A DNA stretch of 63,470 nt, counting the filler, from Pelomyxa schiedti (lineage: Eukaryota > Protista > Evosea): assembly GCA_020536535.1 (NCBI GenBank). It is 12 parts of 12 records of this genome, joined end to end, with 100 filler letters (N's around TTAATTAATTAA, not from the genome) between each part and the next. Parts side by side here need not be neighbours in the genome. Positions count along the whole stretch, not along the records: positions 29,571 to 41,910 come from JAHLWZ010000716.1; positions 42,011 to 43,513 come from JAHLWZ010002461.1; positions 43,614 to 46,857 come from JAHLWZ010001787.1; positions 46,958 to 48,463 come from JAHLWZ010002459.1; 8 more parts are not named here. The stretch is one strand, 5' to 3'. The translations under genes and the position numbers were made by a program. Position 1 is the stretch's first letter. Every line of letters begins with the position of its first letter. Positions 35,965 through 46,959 of this stretch are shown here, piece after piece. The notes beneath the pieces are model-generated. The model saw nothing but the letters and a program-made list of their open reading frames with translations. It did no database searches and was not told where the DNA came from.

Positions 35965-37848
35965 ATGATGACGTACAACCTGGTGGAATCGAGTTGTGGA
36001 TCATTCACCACGTGAGTATGCGCTCCTTACCCATCACTCATTTTGCGTGCGCCTAAAAAACACCCAAAAGTACGGGGGATGCAGGGGCAGCAGAGCTTGT
36101 TATTTTTGGGACACAAGGAGGTGGACTGGAGCCAGTTTTGAAGGCTGCAACTTTGCCCGTTTTGGTTCGCTCTCTATTTGAAGAATTCACTCTCAATGGT
36201 TGCTGGTCCTTCCCTACTCACTGACTGAGGGAAAAAAGACGGAACAATTTTTTTGGGTAATTTGAGGCCATCCCCGCAATTCTACAAGGCATTTATATTG
36301 ATACATGATTCTGTCATTACAGCTTGTCCGTTATTGAGGATTCTTTTAGACGTAAGTATACTTAATCACAAGCTTGTGAATGTCATACTTTTCTTAGAAA
36401 TGTAAAAGCACCCCAACAGCAACTCCTGGAACAAAGACACCTCTAATCAGGTTTGACAGTTGCAAAGTCAACTTAATCACACATCCAGGTGTTGCATGTT
36501 TGTTAAAAATTGGTTGTCAATATGCCCTGAGTCTTTAATGAGAGGTTGGTCCGTTTTGGCACAGTCTGATATCTCATTGCTTTTTAGGGGATCCTTTGTT
36601 GCATCAACAGTGGAAGCAATGTTCCATTCAAGTCTTGGCGTCACATTCACATCGACTTTCACACTGTTGTGTGCTCTCTTCTCTTCCAATGCACATACTC
36701 GTTGATGTGGTCCTCTACTCGAAACCGCGCCTTGAATCTCTTCTGCTGCTGAAAGATTTCATTTATGCTGTGACTATTCCTGAAAAGATGAAGAATGCAC
36801 TTTCAGAGAGGTGAACTGGCACCCAAAAGCTCTCTCTCTTCGAATTCACAGTGAAAAAAGTTGCTCGAAATTGGTGATACCTCCCATCAGGGCACGCAAT
36901 GAGACGATACCACCGGGGATTCCTTCTCGAGCAGTATTTCCACTGTGTTCTGTGGATTCGTTTTGCGAACAACTGACACTGATGGAATCGAATTCAATGT
37001 CTTCCATTCAGGCTCCTGAATTTCTGTTGAAGAGGTGGGAAACCGAAACGCGGTGTTTTGATGCACCCAACATCACCAAGCACATGGAGTGGTCTCAGAG
37101 GGTTGTTCCAGTCGTCATTAATGTGAATATTCTCTCACCTTGAATGACAGCTCTCCAATGCAGTTTTGGTGGAACTTCTATCAACTCACTCCCTTCAGGA
37201 TAGAGTTGGTTTTCTGAGTTATATTCTTCAGGTTGCTGACCGGCTGCACCAAATTGGAAATTTCAGTTCGGCAACCTCAATTTGGGCTGCAGTCCAACAC
37301 GAAGCGGTTCAGAGATTAAGTCGGACTTGGGGAGACCCAAATGTCACATTTAAACAACAACAATCCTTATCTTACATCCTCCCAAGGTGAAACGCTACTC
37401 CTCAGTTTTGCGGGTTTTGGAATCTGAGCTGAAGCTTTACCGCACCGCAGTTGCATTTCGGCATTTTCAGTACATCCCATACCTTGGTATAATTACTACA
37501 AACCCCCAAAGTAACAAACAACAATCTCCGAAGTGATTCATTGACCCATAAATTTGACAATTATCCAACAACATTCATAAATCCCTCACCTTTCTGTCAG
37601 GTGGTTACCTCACTGACCTCAAATTTATTGAGAATGGAATTCCCGCAGCACTACCAACAGGGCTGATCAACTGGGAGCATTATAAATCAGTTGCTGCAGT
37701 AATAATGGACTTCCAACAGTGGCAAGGAAGTCCGAAGTACACATATGTGCCAAACACAGACATTCAGTCCAGTATCAACAAATGGGTTTTCAGTCATCCA
37801 CAAATCACAATCCCTCAGGCCCTTGCCATGTCCAGTGCTCGGGAATAA
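35965..37848 (+). CDS. RasGEF paralog B
   Basis: Same exon layout as paralog A. GNFSSATSIWAAVQ, IPYLG/GYLTDLKFIENG and GLINWEHY. Confidence 0.8.
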
Positions 37849-37890
37849 TAATAATGTGAGAAACTTCTCCTTTTTTTTTTCTTTGTTATT

Positions 37891-38055
37891 GGGGGTGGAG
37901 TTGCGAATTTCGCAGACCCCAGCTTCACAAAAATAGTGTACTAGATATCCCCTTGCGGAGACTCATACCGACACCTCTCCCCAGAGTGCAAGAGAAAAGG
38001 TGTTGATACACAAGACACCCTTGTTGATCAGTGCCTGTGAGTACCAGGTAAGTAT
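37891..38055 (-). ncRNA. U1: U1 spliceosomal snRNA, canonical 5' end
   Basis: Reverse complement reads ATACTTACCTG, helix H GTACT/AGTAC, SL1 loop GATCAACAAG, SL2 loop TTGCACTC, SL3 with GCAA loop, Sm site ATTTTTG and SL4. About 165 nt. Confidence 0.95.
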
Positions 38056-38106
38056 GAGGATTCGAATTCCGAAAAGGAGGCGTTCAACGCCCACAATTTT
38101 TCGTTT

Positions 38107-38139
38107 GACAATTATGGGTTGCCGCGACCCATAACTGTC
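38107..38139. promoter_or_regulatory. Bidirectional snRNA promoter made of two inverted DUSE-like elements (ACCCATAA)
   Basis: GACAATTATGGGTTG-ccg-CGACCCATAACTGTC (13/15 inverted repeat). ACCCATAA begins 64 nt (minus) and 63 nt (plus) upstream of the two U1 starts. Confidence 0.8.
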
Positions 38140-38189
38140 GCTGGTGCTCAGGGGCAATTTCTGCGCCGGTGCATTCAGGAATAGAACTC

Positions 38190-38348
38190 ATACATACCTG
38201 ACTGTGCACACTGTTGATCAGGAAGGACTGGTGTGCTGTGGTGGGTTCTGACTTTGCACTCATGTCAGAGACCACGATATGGATCCCGCAAGGGAGCCCA
38301 GCAGTGTAATTTTTGTTTAGAAGGAGCTTTGCGTTTTGCGCAACTCCT
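38190..38348 (+). ncRNA. U1: Variant U1 snRNA with 5' end AUACAUACCUG (complementary to GUAUGU donors)
   Basis: ATACATACCTG, helix H ACTG/CAGT, SL1 GCACAC/GTGTGC with loop GATCAGGAAG, SL2 TTCTGAC/GTCAGAG with loop TTTGCACTCAT, SL3 TCCC-GCAA-GGGA, Sm site AATTTTTG and SL4 AGGAG/CTCCT. Confidence 0.92.
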
Positions 38349-38380
38349 CACAAGTAAAATGCAAACACAATTCGAACAAG

Positions 38381-39942
38381 CTATTCACAGTCCTCGAGAG
38401 GGGGAAGGTCAGGGGGAATCGGCACTAGGGATTTGGTTGTTATTGCTGCTGCTGTTGTGGGATGCTGAGGTGTGCGGCTGTGTGATAGGGATACAGCCAA
38501 TCCTGTTGTTGTTGATGTGCCACGTGCTGTGGGATTATGAAGTACCCCTTGTGTTGATGATGCTGGTGTTGGGACTGGTGTAAAGTGAACCTAGAGGTGG
38601 AGAAAAAGTGGGTTAATTGTGGTTCGTGGTTAAGTGATTATGTTGTTGGAAAACCTTTGGAAGAGTGAGTAGCAAGTGACCGGTGGTTTGTGACCTCTCT
38701 GCTTTTCCTTTGCCGGGTGATATTTCCTAACAATAGAGGTTGGTATTTCACGGTTAGTTTGTGTTTTCTGCTGTTTAATTGCCTCAGGTAGGTTCAGTTG
38801 AAGGACTTTTTTCTTGGCAGTGATCCGCACGTATCTTAAAAACCTTTGTTAATTGTACGGAAAGTGGCAACAGTATACTTGCTTTGGCTGACAGTCCACA
38901 GATATCAAAGAAGTATCCATGTATTTCTCAAACGCTACATCCAACAACAGACAATTGCCAGCTGGATTACTTCCTAGTGTGAATTGCCACCTGCCCTGGT
39001 TCATCTGTACAATGCTCCCATCTGGCCTGAAGGTGATTGCCGGTGGTTCGGATGGGTGTGGTGGAGGGTTTCGTTTCAATCTTTTTTAGTTACGTGAATT
39101 AAACTTGCCACTGAAGGGTAAGGCATACTCCACTTCATTTTGTATTTGTTCTAAATGTAGGTGTAAAGTTTTCCTACTCTCAGGAGTATCACCTGATCTA
39201 GGAAACTAAGTCAAAAAAAATTAACAACATGCACACCGCAGAGGTTCTGCATTACAAGAGGATTCTGTACTGCAGAGAATTGAATCGATCGATGCCGTAC
39301 TCTGTGAGGCGAGTATCCTTTCTGAGGGTGTAATTTCGATACCGTCTATTTCCTTCAATCCATTTTCTTAGAAGCGTTTTTCTTCATGTTGGCATACCAC
39401 GAGTTGTGGTAAACAAGAAATAATGAAGTTTCTATAGTACGGAAGCTGTGTGCAAGGATTTCCTATGAGAAATCTTTTCCGGAATTACGTGTTGCGATAA
39501 AGATACTACGGACATACAACTGCCTCAAATTGTGATTTCCTTTCAGAGAGGAGAGGCACTTTATATCCGCGATAAAATTTGCAGTCAAGTCGAGTTTCCT
39601 TAGCGACTCACACCCCTCCAAGTTCTCCACCAAAGTAATGTTATTCAGTGCCAAATTCAAGTAGTTTAGTTCCTTCAACCTATGCAAATTCTCTGCTCAC
39701 CCCATCAGCTCCCACAGAAAAAAAAATCAAAAGAAGAAGTTGTGGCCACCATGACCAAGAAACAAACCCAATTTTGGTATGACGTTGTCCTGCAACAATA
39801 GCACTCTGAGACGTGGACACATTTGCCCCAAAACGCCATCAATGCCCTCAATGTGAAGTTGGTGCAATGCGATTTCTTGCAGATTCGACAACTCCTCGTT
39901 GTCCCCTGCCTGTCTACGTAATAATTCCCCCGTTATCCTCAT
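38381..39942 (-). CDS. LRRC6: Dynein axonemal assembly factor LRRC6/DNAAF11 (TilB), multi-exon
   Basis: MRITGELLRRQAGDNEELSNLQEIALHQ, LKELNYLNLALNNI, GCESLRKLDLTANFI, GNPC, NQGRWQF, KYMDTSLISVDCQP, KVLQLNLP and C-terminal DLPPLE. Confidence 0.88.
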
Positions 39943-40373
39943 TCGCGTGTCTCCTCGCTGTTTGATTTCTGTGAAGCGTTCTTCGGTGAAGAGAACAGAA
40001 AAACCCTTGAAGAGACAACACATGCGAACTTCAGTTGTTGTGGAACTACAATTGGAAGCACTTGAGGGAAACACAATTTTTTGCAAGGATGTGAATAAGA
40101 AAATTGCTATTCCTACTGAAAAAAAAAGGAACAGCAAACAGTCCTCAATCGTTCAGGATGTGAGCTGTGTGAGTTTGGCTTGCACAGCAGGTAAGGCCGT
40201 GTTGAATTGGGCCAGAACTCCAGTGAGGAAAGTGACATTTACTTTGGTCANNNNNNNNNNNNNNNNNNNNNNNNNNNNNNNNNNNNNNNNNNNNNNNNNN
40301 NNNNNNNNNNNNNNNNNNNNNNNNNNNNNNNNNNNNNNNNNNNNNNNNNNAACAGCAAACAGTCCTCAATCGT

Positions 40374-41871
40374 TCAGGATGTGAGCTGTGTGAGTTTGGC
40401 TTGCACAGCAGGTAAGGCCGTGTTGAATTGGGCCAGAACTCCAGTGAGGAAAGTGACATTTACTTTGGTCATTCCGTAGCGTGACTGTGTGTCAATGCCC
40501 CAGCTCATTCCGGCTATCAGTTGGTCTATTTTCGCGGACATTGTGGAGTACACTGCAGCTATTTTGGCATCATTCAGTGATTGGCATAGTTCCTAGAAGG
40601 GTTCCGTTACAAAAGGATTTTGTACCTGTGCAAGCACTTTCAATTTAGGGTGCATACTTGGATTCCCATTAGCATTCCTATCCATACATAACGTAATAAA
40701 TTTTTGCCAAAGTCAAATCCAGTTGCTTCAAGTATGCACTTGCGCACAACATTCAGTTCATTTATGGGCTCTAAGTCAGTGTCCACAGGGAGTGTAGTGA
40801 TTATTTGCAGGAACCCCTGAACTCTGCTTATCTGTGAAAGAAATTAGAGTGTAAAAAGTGTTTTGGAGGACAACATATTTAGCAAAATTATCTGGAAACT
40901 GGACAGGATCGATGGAGCATATTGCGTTATCAATTGCGTAGCCTCTTCCAGATACAATAAATAGGTTGCCCATGTTACCCGCATTGTCCCATATTACGGG
41001 GAACCTGTCACTGTTGTTAACCAGAACATCGTAACTGCAAATAGAACCTGAATTTGTTTTCGTTAGGTACAATTGAAATTGATAGAGGATGTACCAAAAT
41101 CGGTGCAAATTTGAATTAGGCTTTCCGGTGTGAAAGAAATTAGGTTGGAGCTCTCCAGATCCGACCCCTTCAAGTACTGCATTACAGTTATGATGGGCTT
41201 GGTTAGGAACTTATCCAGCTTGGCCTTTTTGAGTACTTCCAGTGGATTCGTCATGACGTCATACTCGGAATCCAGCTGATAAAACACAAGCCTAACAAAC
41301 AAACCATTAAACACTCAAATCAATAACAAATCCACCCATACTCAAACCAAAAGATATAAAATAACATTATAAACACAAGCTAAAACTAGTATAGAAATAG
41401 AAATATTATATCACCATCAGATAGCACCACGCACGCACGCGCACACACGCACACACCTCTGCCTGGGCATTGGGATGCAAGTAGCGGCCTCGGCCAGCAT
41501 ATAAGCCAGGTGGTCAGCGGCCACGGTCAGCGACGCCTTGAGCACGACGACGCCCTCGTCGGGGAACCGGACGAACCACACGCCCTCGGAGCCGGTCGCG
41601 CTGCACACGCAGTCGGTCAGCTGCCCCCATCGAGTGCTAACTGATTCGACGTCGGCTGACACAGACGTGGCTGCTCGTGGCTTCCACTACACATGTACGG
41701 TCGGTCAGTCAGTCAATCCAGTGAGTGTTGGTTTTTGGTGGGGATTGGGTTTGAAAACCACACCTCTACGGCAGGGGCAGTATCGACGGTTGCCCATTTT
41801 TTCCTGGTTGCGGGAGGCTTGGCACCTGGGGGGGCTGATGTAGCTGGGGGTGGAGGTGGGGGTGCTGACAT
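40374..41871 (-). CDS. Actin-fragmin-kinase-like atypical kinase, multi-exon
   Basis: TGSEGVWFV...VVVLKAS, VMQYLKG and YDVLVNNSDRFPVIWDNAGNMGNLF...AIDN. Confidence 0.75.
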
Positions 41872-42010
41872 GGTGCCCTCAAGGTCGGGTTGGGATTGTT
41901 TTTGTTTTTTNNNNNNNNNNNNNNNNNNNNNNNNNNNNNNNNNNNNNNNNNNNNTTAATTAATTAANNNNNNNNNNNNNNNNNNNNNNNNNNNNNNNNNN
42001 NNNNNNNNNN

Positions 42011-42024
42011 ATCAGTTGAAAAGG

Positions 42025-42058
<34 letters not shown>

Positions 42059-43454
42059 AGAGAAAACATGTTTGTTGCCAGAACCACTTTGCGGGTATTT
42101 TCTGGTGTTGGCTCGAAAACAGTTACCTTGGTGAATGAGAAGGAAAACCAAGAAGGAAAAATTAGACACCTGCTCTTCAGGTGGCATAGCAGCATACAAC
42201 GGAAGAGGCAAGATATCTTGTACTCCTTCCAATAGTTCTGGTGTGTCCTCCGCCATCTAAATTAACATTGATAAAGAAAGTAAAAAGAGAGAGAATTTTA
42301 CACGCTGAATTTTGTCTAACAGCATTTTCCTTGCCATCAAAATTTCCTCTTGACCAGTCAAGAAGACAAGAATGTCACCAGGAGGCTCTCGTACGTGAAT
42401 TTTTGTGATCAAATCGACGGTAGGAACGAGATTCAATGCGCACTGTACATGTTAAGGAAAATTCCTTGCTTGAACGTAGAATTACTTGTGTGCCATTTAC
42501 TGTGGACATTGCGGAGTCCTTTGGTTCTATGTGAAGGCAAGCAACAGGGAAAGTTCTCCCAGGAACTGTGAGTACAGGACAGCCGCCAAAAAAGGATGAG
42601 AACTTGACTACATCAAGCGTGGCTGAAGTAACCAGCAACCGCAGTGGTGGGTGTTGTGGATTTGGTGCGTTGAAAGGGCGAGAGGCAATTGACTTTTTGA
42701 GAAGCCCAAACATGACATCAGTATTGACGCTGCGCTCATGAGCTTCATCAAGTATAATTGCAGAATAATGCAGGAGCAGCGGATCCTATTTTAAGCGTTG
42801 AGCGGTAAGAATAATAATATAAGAATCAAAAAAAAAAAAAAAAGTTCGTTTCATGGGGGGAAGAAAACACACTCTCACGCACTCCCTGAGCAAACACCCG
42901 TCAGTCATGTACTTGATCCTCGTGTCACTCGACGTGCAGTCAGAGAACCTCACGGAGAAGCCCACCTCGTCGCCAACCTGGCCGCCCCGCTCCTGGGCCA
43001 CCCTGCGTGCCACCGACACCGCCCCAACCCGCCGCGGGTTGGTCACCCCTATCCTCACAACCCCGCCCCACCCGCACCCGCACGCCCCCTTGCACTCCCT
43101 GGTCCCCCGCTCGCCACCGCCGCCGCCGCCGTCGCGGTCGCGGTCGTAGTCGTCAGAGTACAGCCGCATGCGCCTGGTCTCCTCCACCAGCCTCCTCTCC
43201 CCTGCGCCCTTCTCCTTCTCCTTCTCCCCTGGCCCCCTCCCCTGCCCCTCCTCCTTCTCATTCTGAGCCGAAGATCCCGCGCCCGCGTCGCCCGTGCCCA
43301 TCGCAATATCAGGCTCTGGCTCCGCCTCCTTGGTTGTGGCCCCTCGGTCGCCTTTCCCCTCGGTGGCTTTGGGTCCATCGGGCTTGGGGTCGGTGTTGCT
43401 GGCGGGGGCGGCGGGGGTGCTGGGGGGGGGCCGAGGGAGGGCGAGGGGGCAGCG
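42011..43454 (-). CDS. DEAH-box RNA helicase fragment (DHX40/Prp22-like)
   Basis: [74 protein letters not shown] and RKVVLATN. Confidence 0.9.
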
Positions 43455-43613
43455 GCGGGTGGGGCGGGGTTGTGAGGATAGGGGTGACCAACCCGCGGCG
43501 GGTTGGGGCGGTGNNNNNNNNNNNNNNNNNNNNNNNNNNNNNNNNNNNNNNNNNNNNTTAATTAATTAANNNNNNNNNNNNNNNNNNNNNNNNNNNNNNN
43601 NNNNNNNNNNNNN

Positions 43614-43818
43614 TGTGAACCACATCGTGCCGCTGCTGGAGAGAGGCTGCCACGTTGTGATGCACTGCCATGCCGGAATCGGCCGCACGGGTCTCACCGT
43701 TGCGTGCTTGTCAAAGCTATCTGGGACAAATGCCAGCGATGCAGTTTTGTGGGTGAGGAGCAAAATCAGGGGTGCAATACAAACACCAGAACAGGAACGT
43801 TTTGTGCACTCTTTCTGA
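43614..43818 (+). CDS. Dual-specificity/tyrosine phosphatase C-terminal fragment
   Basis: HCHAGIGRTG (CX5R) and GAIQTPEQ. Confidence 0.85.
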
Positions 43819-43906
43819 ATAACGGCCATAATATATATAAAACCTGATAGCTGCTAAAGTTCTTTGGAGGACAATCAACCTGTTAAATGTTCATTCAATT
43901 TTGAAA

Positions 43907-45196
43907 ATGATCACTGACGAAGCAACAGCACCTGCGTCGATGTCGACAACAACCAGCACCGGCCACGAGAGTAAATGGAGCAAAGAGACCATCACTCTGA
44001 GGCAGGGGAATCGAGCGAGAGACCAATTCGCTGCGTTGCTTTTGGCGACGGCGCAGTCGCGCAGCCGCCGGCGCGGGTTCAGCTCGCACGCGGGGGTGTT
44101 GGGGCCAGCTCTCGCGAGGCACTTGTGGGACACCTGGGTCATCGGCACCGAGAGGAGAGTGGTCGTCGTGGCACGGCTGGGCAAACGAGCGGAAACCAGC
44201 CCCAAGATGGCGGTCAAGTTCGGGGTGTCACTCGCCCTGCTTGGCCTCACAACTGACGTGCACGTCGGAAGATGCAGAGAGGATGAGTTCTGGATAACCG
44301 GAAGCCTGTGCGTGACCGAAGGGGAGACACTTTCGTCGCCTTGGGTTCTCAGGGACACAACAAAAAGTGGCGGCGGCGTGGGGAGGAATTTGGGGCCACA
44401 CCACAGGGATTTCTTCCTCAACTTGTGCGTGAATGCCAAGTGGTGGGTGCAGAGCATAAAGGAGAGAAACGTGCTCGCTGTGACGAACTTGCAGACACCC
44501 GAAGAGGAGTACAACCCCGTTGTTGTGCCAATTCCGGAGAACTACAATGTCGTTCAGTCAATGAGCTTCAACAAATTGAGTTCATCGCAAGCACTGATTC
44601 TGATGACCACGGGGAGTGGACGTCAACCAAACACGATGATAGTTGTGGTTGATGTCCAAGGCACTTATGCAACGAAAAGTCTGCAGATTGTGAGCTCAAC
44701 GCAGTGCCCATTTCCACAGCACTACTTCAGGGATAGTTCTGTGAAGTCTCTTCTTCTTTTGAAGAACAAATCAGGCCGAAATGTGTTCATTGTTGAGACC
44801 ATCCCTTGTGACAGGTACCACCCACGATGTGCTGTGTATATGATTCAGGAAAATGGAGCGATGAACATGCTCTTTGTTGAATCTGACTGGTTTTTTGATG
44901 GAATGTTTCATCAACTTAGTGGCTCACTTTTCTCATATCACCACCAACGCCAGAAGAGGCTGGATATCTGGGACTGCAATGACGCTGATGATTTCAAGCA
45001 TGAGACATCACCACTGAGAACATTCAGAGTTCCAAAGGGTGTGCTTTCTGGAGGTGGTTTGGTGATCCTTGTTGAAGCCAGAACGAGACTGCAAATTGTT
45101 GAAGCAACGTCAGGCTTGGTCGTTGCCTCCATTGACTTCCTTCAACCTGGATGCAATATGTATGGTCTGGATGTCAAACACTCTTTTGTGTGGTGA
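43907..45196 (+). CDS. Intronless orphan family member (~430 aa)
   Basis: ARDQFAAL, LWDTWV, FGVSLALLG, NAKWWV, VVDVQGTY...STQC, QLSGSLF and IWDCND. Confidence 0.75.
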   Translation: MITDEATAPASMSTTTSTGHESKWSKETITLRQGNRARDQFAALLLATAQSRSRRRGFSSHAGVLGPALARHLWDTWVIGTERRVVVVARLGKRAETSPKMAVKFGVSLALLGLTTDVHVGRCREDEFWITGSLCVTEGETLSSPWVLRDTTKSGGGVGRNLGPHHRDFFLNLCVNAKWWVQSIKERNVLAVTNLQTPEEEYNPVVVPIPENYNVVQSMSFNKLSSSQALILMTTGSGRQPNTMIVVVDVQGTYATKSLQIVSSTQCPFPQHYFRDSSVKSLLLLKNKSGRNVFIVETIPCDRYHPRCAVYMIQENGAMNMLFVESDWFFDGMFHQLSGSLFSYHHQRQKRLDIWDCNDADDFKHETSPLRTFRVPKGVLSGGGLVILVEARTRLQIVEATSGLVVASIDFLQPGCNMYGLDVKHSFVW

Positions 45197-45303
45197 TTGT
45201 GGTGAAAACGAACAAAAGCCAATCTTAATTTTTACCGTCGTACAACGACTAAGTTGGTGTCGGCCGATCAGCAAAAACTTTTCGAAAGTGAAAGGTACAG
45301 AGA

Positions 45304-46857
45304 ATGGCGGCGACAGCATCGTCGTTTTTTTCGGGGTGTACATTCGTGATTGCGTTGTACCATAATTCGTTTGTTGCCTACGGCTTTGCCGAGGCGCAGT
45401 AAGTTTTTGGCGTGGTTTCCGAGCGCGCTGGCTCTTTTTTTGCCGTTCTTCTGTGGTATTTAGTAACTAACTTAGTTACACCCCCAAGAGGGGTTTCATA
45501 TTCTGGAGTAAAATAAAATATAATGTGGTGTAGTGTTCTTGTTACTGTTACAACAATTTTCAGATAAGAAAAGTGCATACAACCAGGCAGTTGTGTCCTG
45601 GACTTTGATGTTACGCGCAGCTGACCTGGCGTGGAAAAGGTTGCCCAACACTCAATTTCCGGTATGATTTCAGATTCTCCAAATCCAACAAGTATAAATA
45701 AAACAGTGGAACTCACTCTGCCCATAACAATCGCCGCCACGTGCAAAACTCACTCTTTCGCATTCACGCTCAAACAGACACTGTCCCATGCACTGGCTAA
45801 AAGAGAAAAAGGAGTGTGGAAAGCTGTCCAAGGGGTATTTTGGTGGCTGTTTATCAGGATATCATTCTCATTGTTGCCGGATTACAAGTACCCTTCAAGT
45901 GATGAGGAGGTCAGGACCAACAGAAGGAAAGCCCTTGTGCAACTTGTGGTTGGTTTTTGTTTTTAAACTCCCACCCATTAGGTTGCTCAACCCATGGCAA
46001 TAGGATGTAATTTTCTTCCCGGTAACACTGGTGGTATTGCTAGTAATCGTTCCAGTTCTGTGGCCGAATAACTTCCAACACAGTCGCTCTCTGAGCATTT
46101 TCTGGTTTGCTCTGGTTATGTCCGTGCTACCTTACGCTCTAACCACTGTGATGCACTGTACTTTTTCTACCTTATAAATAGACAAATTATTATAATTCAT
46201 TTCCCTTTCTTTTTTCACATTCCCTATAGCACTAATCGTTATATTCACGGGAATTCACTACGAGCCCTTTTATCTTCTTCCAATATCAGCCACCTCTCCA
46301 CGGGCCTTCTGGGGTAAAAGGTGGAACATTGCCATTAGAAACCTTCTTCACCGGAATGTGTTCGTTCCTGTTTCGCGGTATACCTTTCTGATTCTTCCAC
46401 TCTGCTCAATTTAACTGCAGGCTTTTCCCTCAAAACAAAGCTCTTGGGGTATGTGCCGGGGTTCTATCATCATTCCTAGTGAGTGCCTTGATGCATGAAT
46501 TTATGGTTATTGCTTCATTCCGTTCCTCATACTTTACTCAAGGGTACGCTACTTTTTGTTTTATTTTTATCAAATTATTTAAATACATACGAAATTCATT
46601 CGACATGTAATTCGTTCTCAGTTTATTTTTTCATCTACCCAACAAACAATAGCTACCCGTTAAATACAAACTGACTTGAATTTCCAGCAACGATATCAGA
46701 GGAGCGGCCTTCACGTTCTTTGTTGTGCAGGGAATGACATGCGTTGCACAAGGAATTTTGCAAAGAAAACTCTCATCAATGGGCATACAGATAGCAATTC
46801 CACGCCCATTGTGCTGTGTTCTTACAATGACATGGCTGCTTGTCAGTGGATGGTGGT
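45304..46857 (+). CDS. Wax-synthase-type MBOAT acyltransferase, multi-exon, 3'-partial
   Basis: SATSPRAFWGKRWNIAIRNLL, SFLVSALMHEF and FFVVQG, with many TM segments. Confidence 0.8.
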
Positions 46858-46959
46858 NNNNNNNNNNNNNNNNNNNNNNNNNNNNNNNNNNNNNNNNNNN
46901 NTTAATTAATTAANNNNNNNNNNNNNNNNNNNNNNNNNNNNNNNNNNNNNNNNNNNNAA

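Larger units (their letters stand above)
29571..36220. repeat. ~3.3-3.4 kb near-identical duplication (29571-32845 vs 32946-~36220)
   Basis: Both units begin CAGCACCTTCACCAAG immediately after an N-run and differ by scattered SNPs and indels. Probably two alleles scaffolded in tandem. Confidence 0.85.

Noticed and set aside
29571-36220. Recent 3.4-kb tandem duplication of the RING/RasGEF block
   Set aside because: Both units start at the same base right after N-runs and differ at allele level. More likely haplotypes; needs long reads.
37544-37551. Other WCCCAYAA matches (here, about 27912, 23990, and inside several CDSs)
   Set aside because: They fall in coding or intronic sequence with no structured RNA about 63 nt downstream. 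Expected by chance.
43017-43513. Perfect 59-bp inverted repeat (43017-43075 vs 43455-43513) duplicating helicase motif Ia
   Set aside because: It sits at a contig end in GC-rich hairpin-forming DNA, typical of an amplification or assembly inversion chimera.
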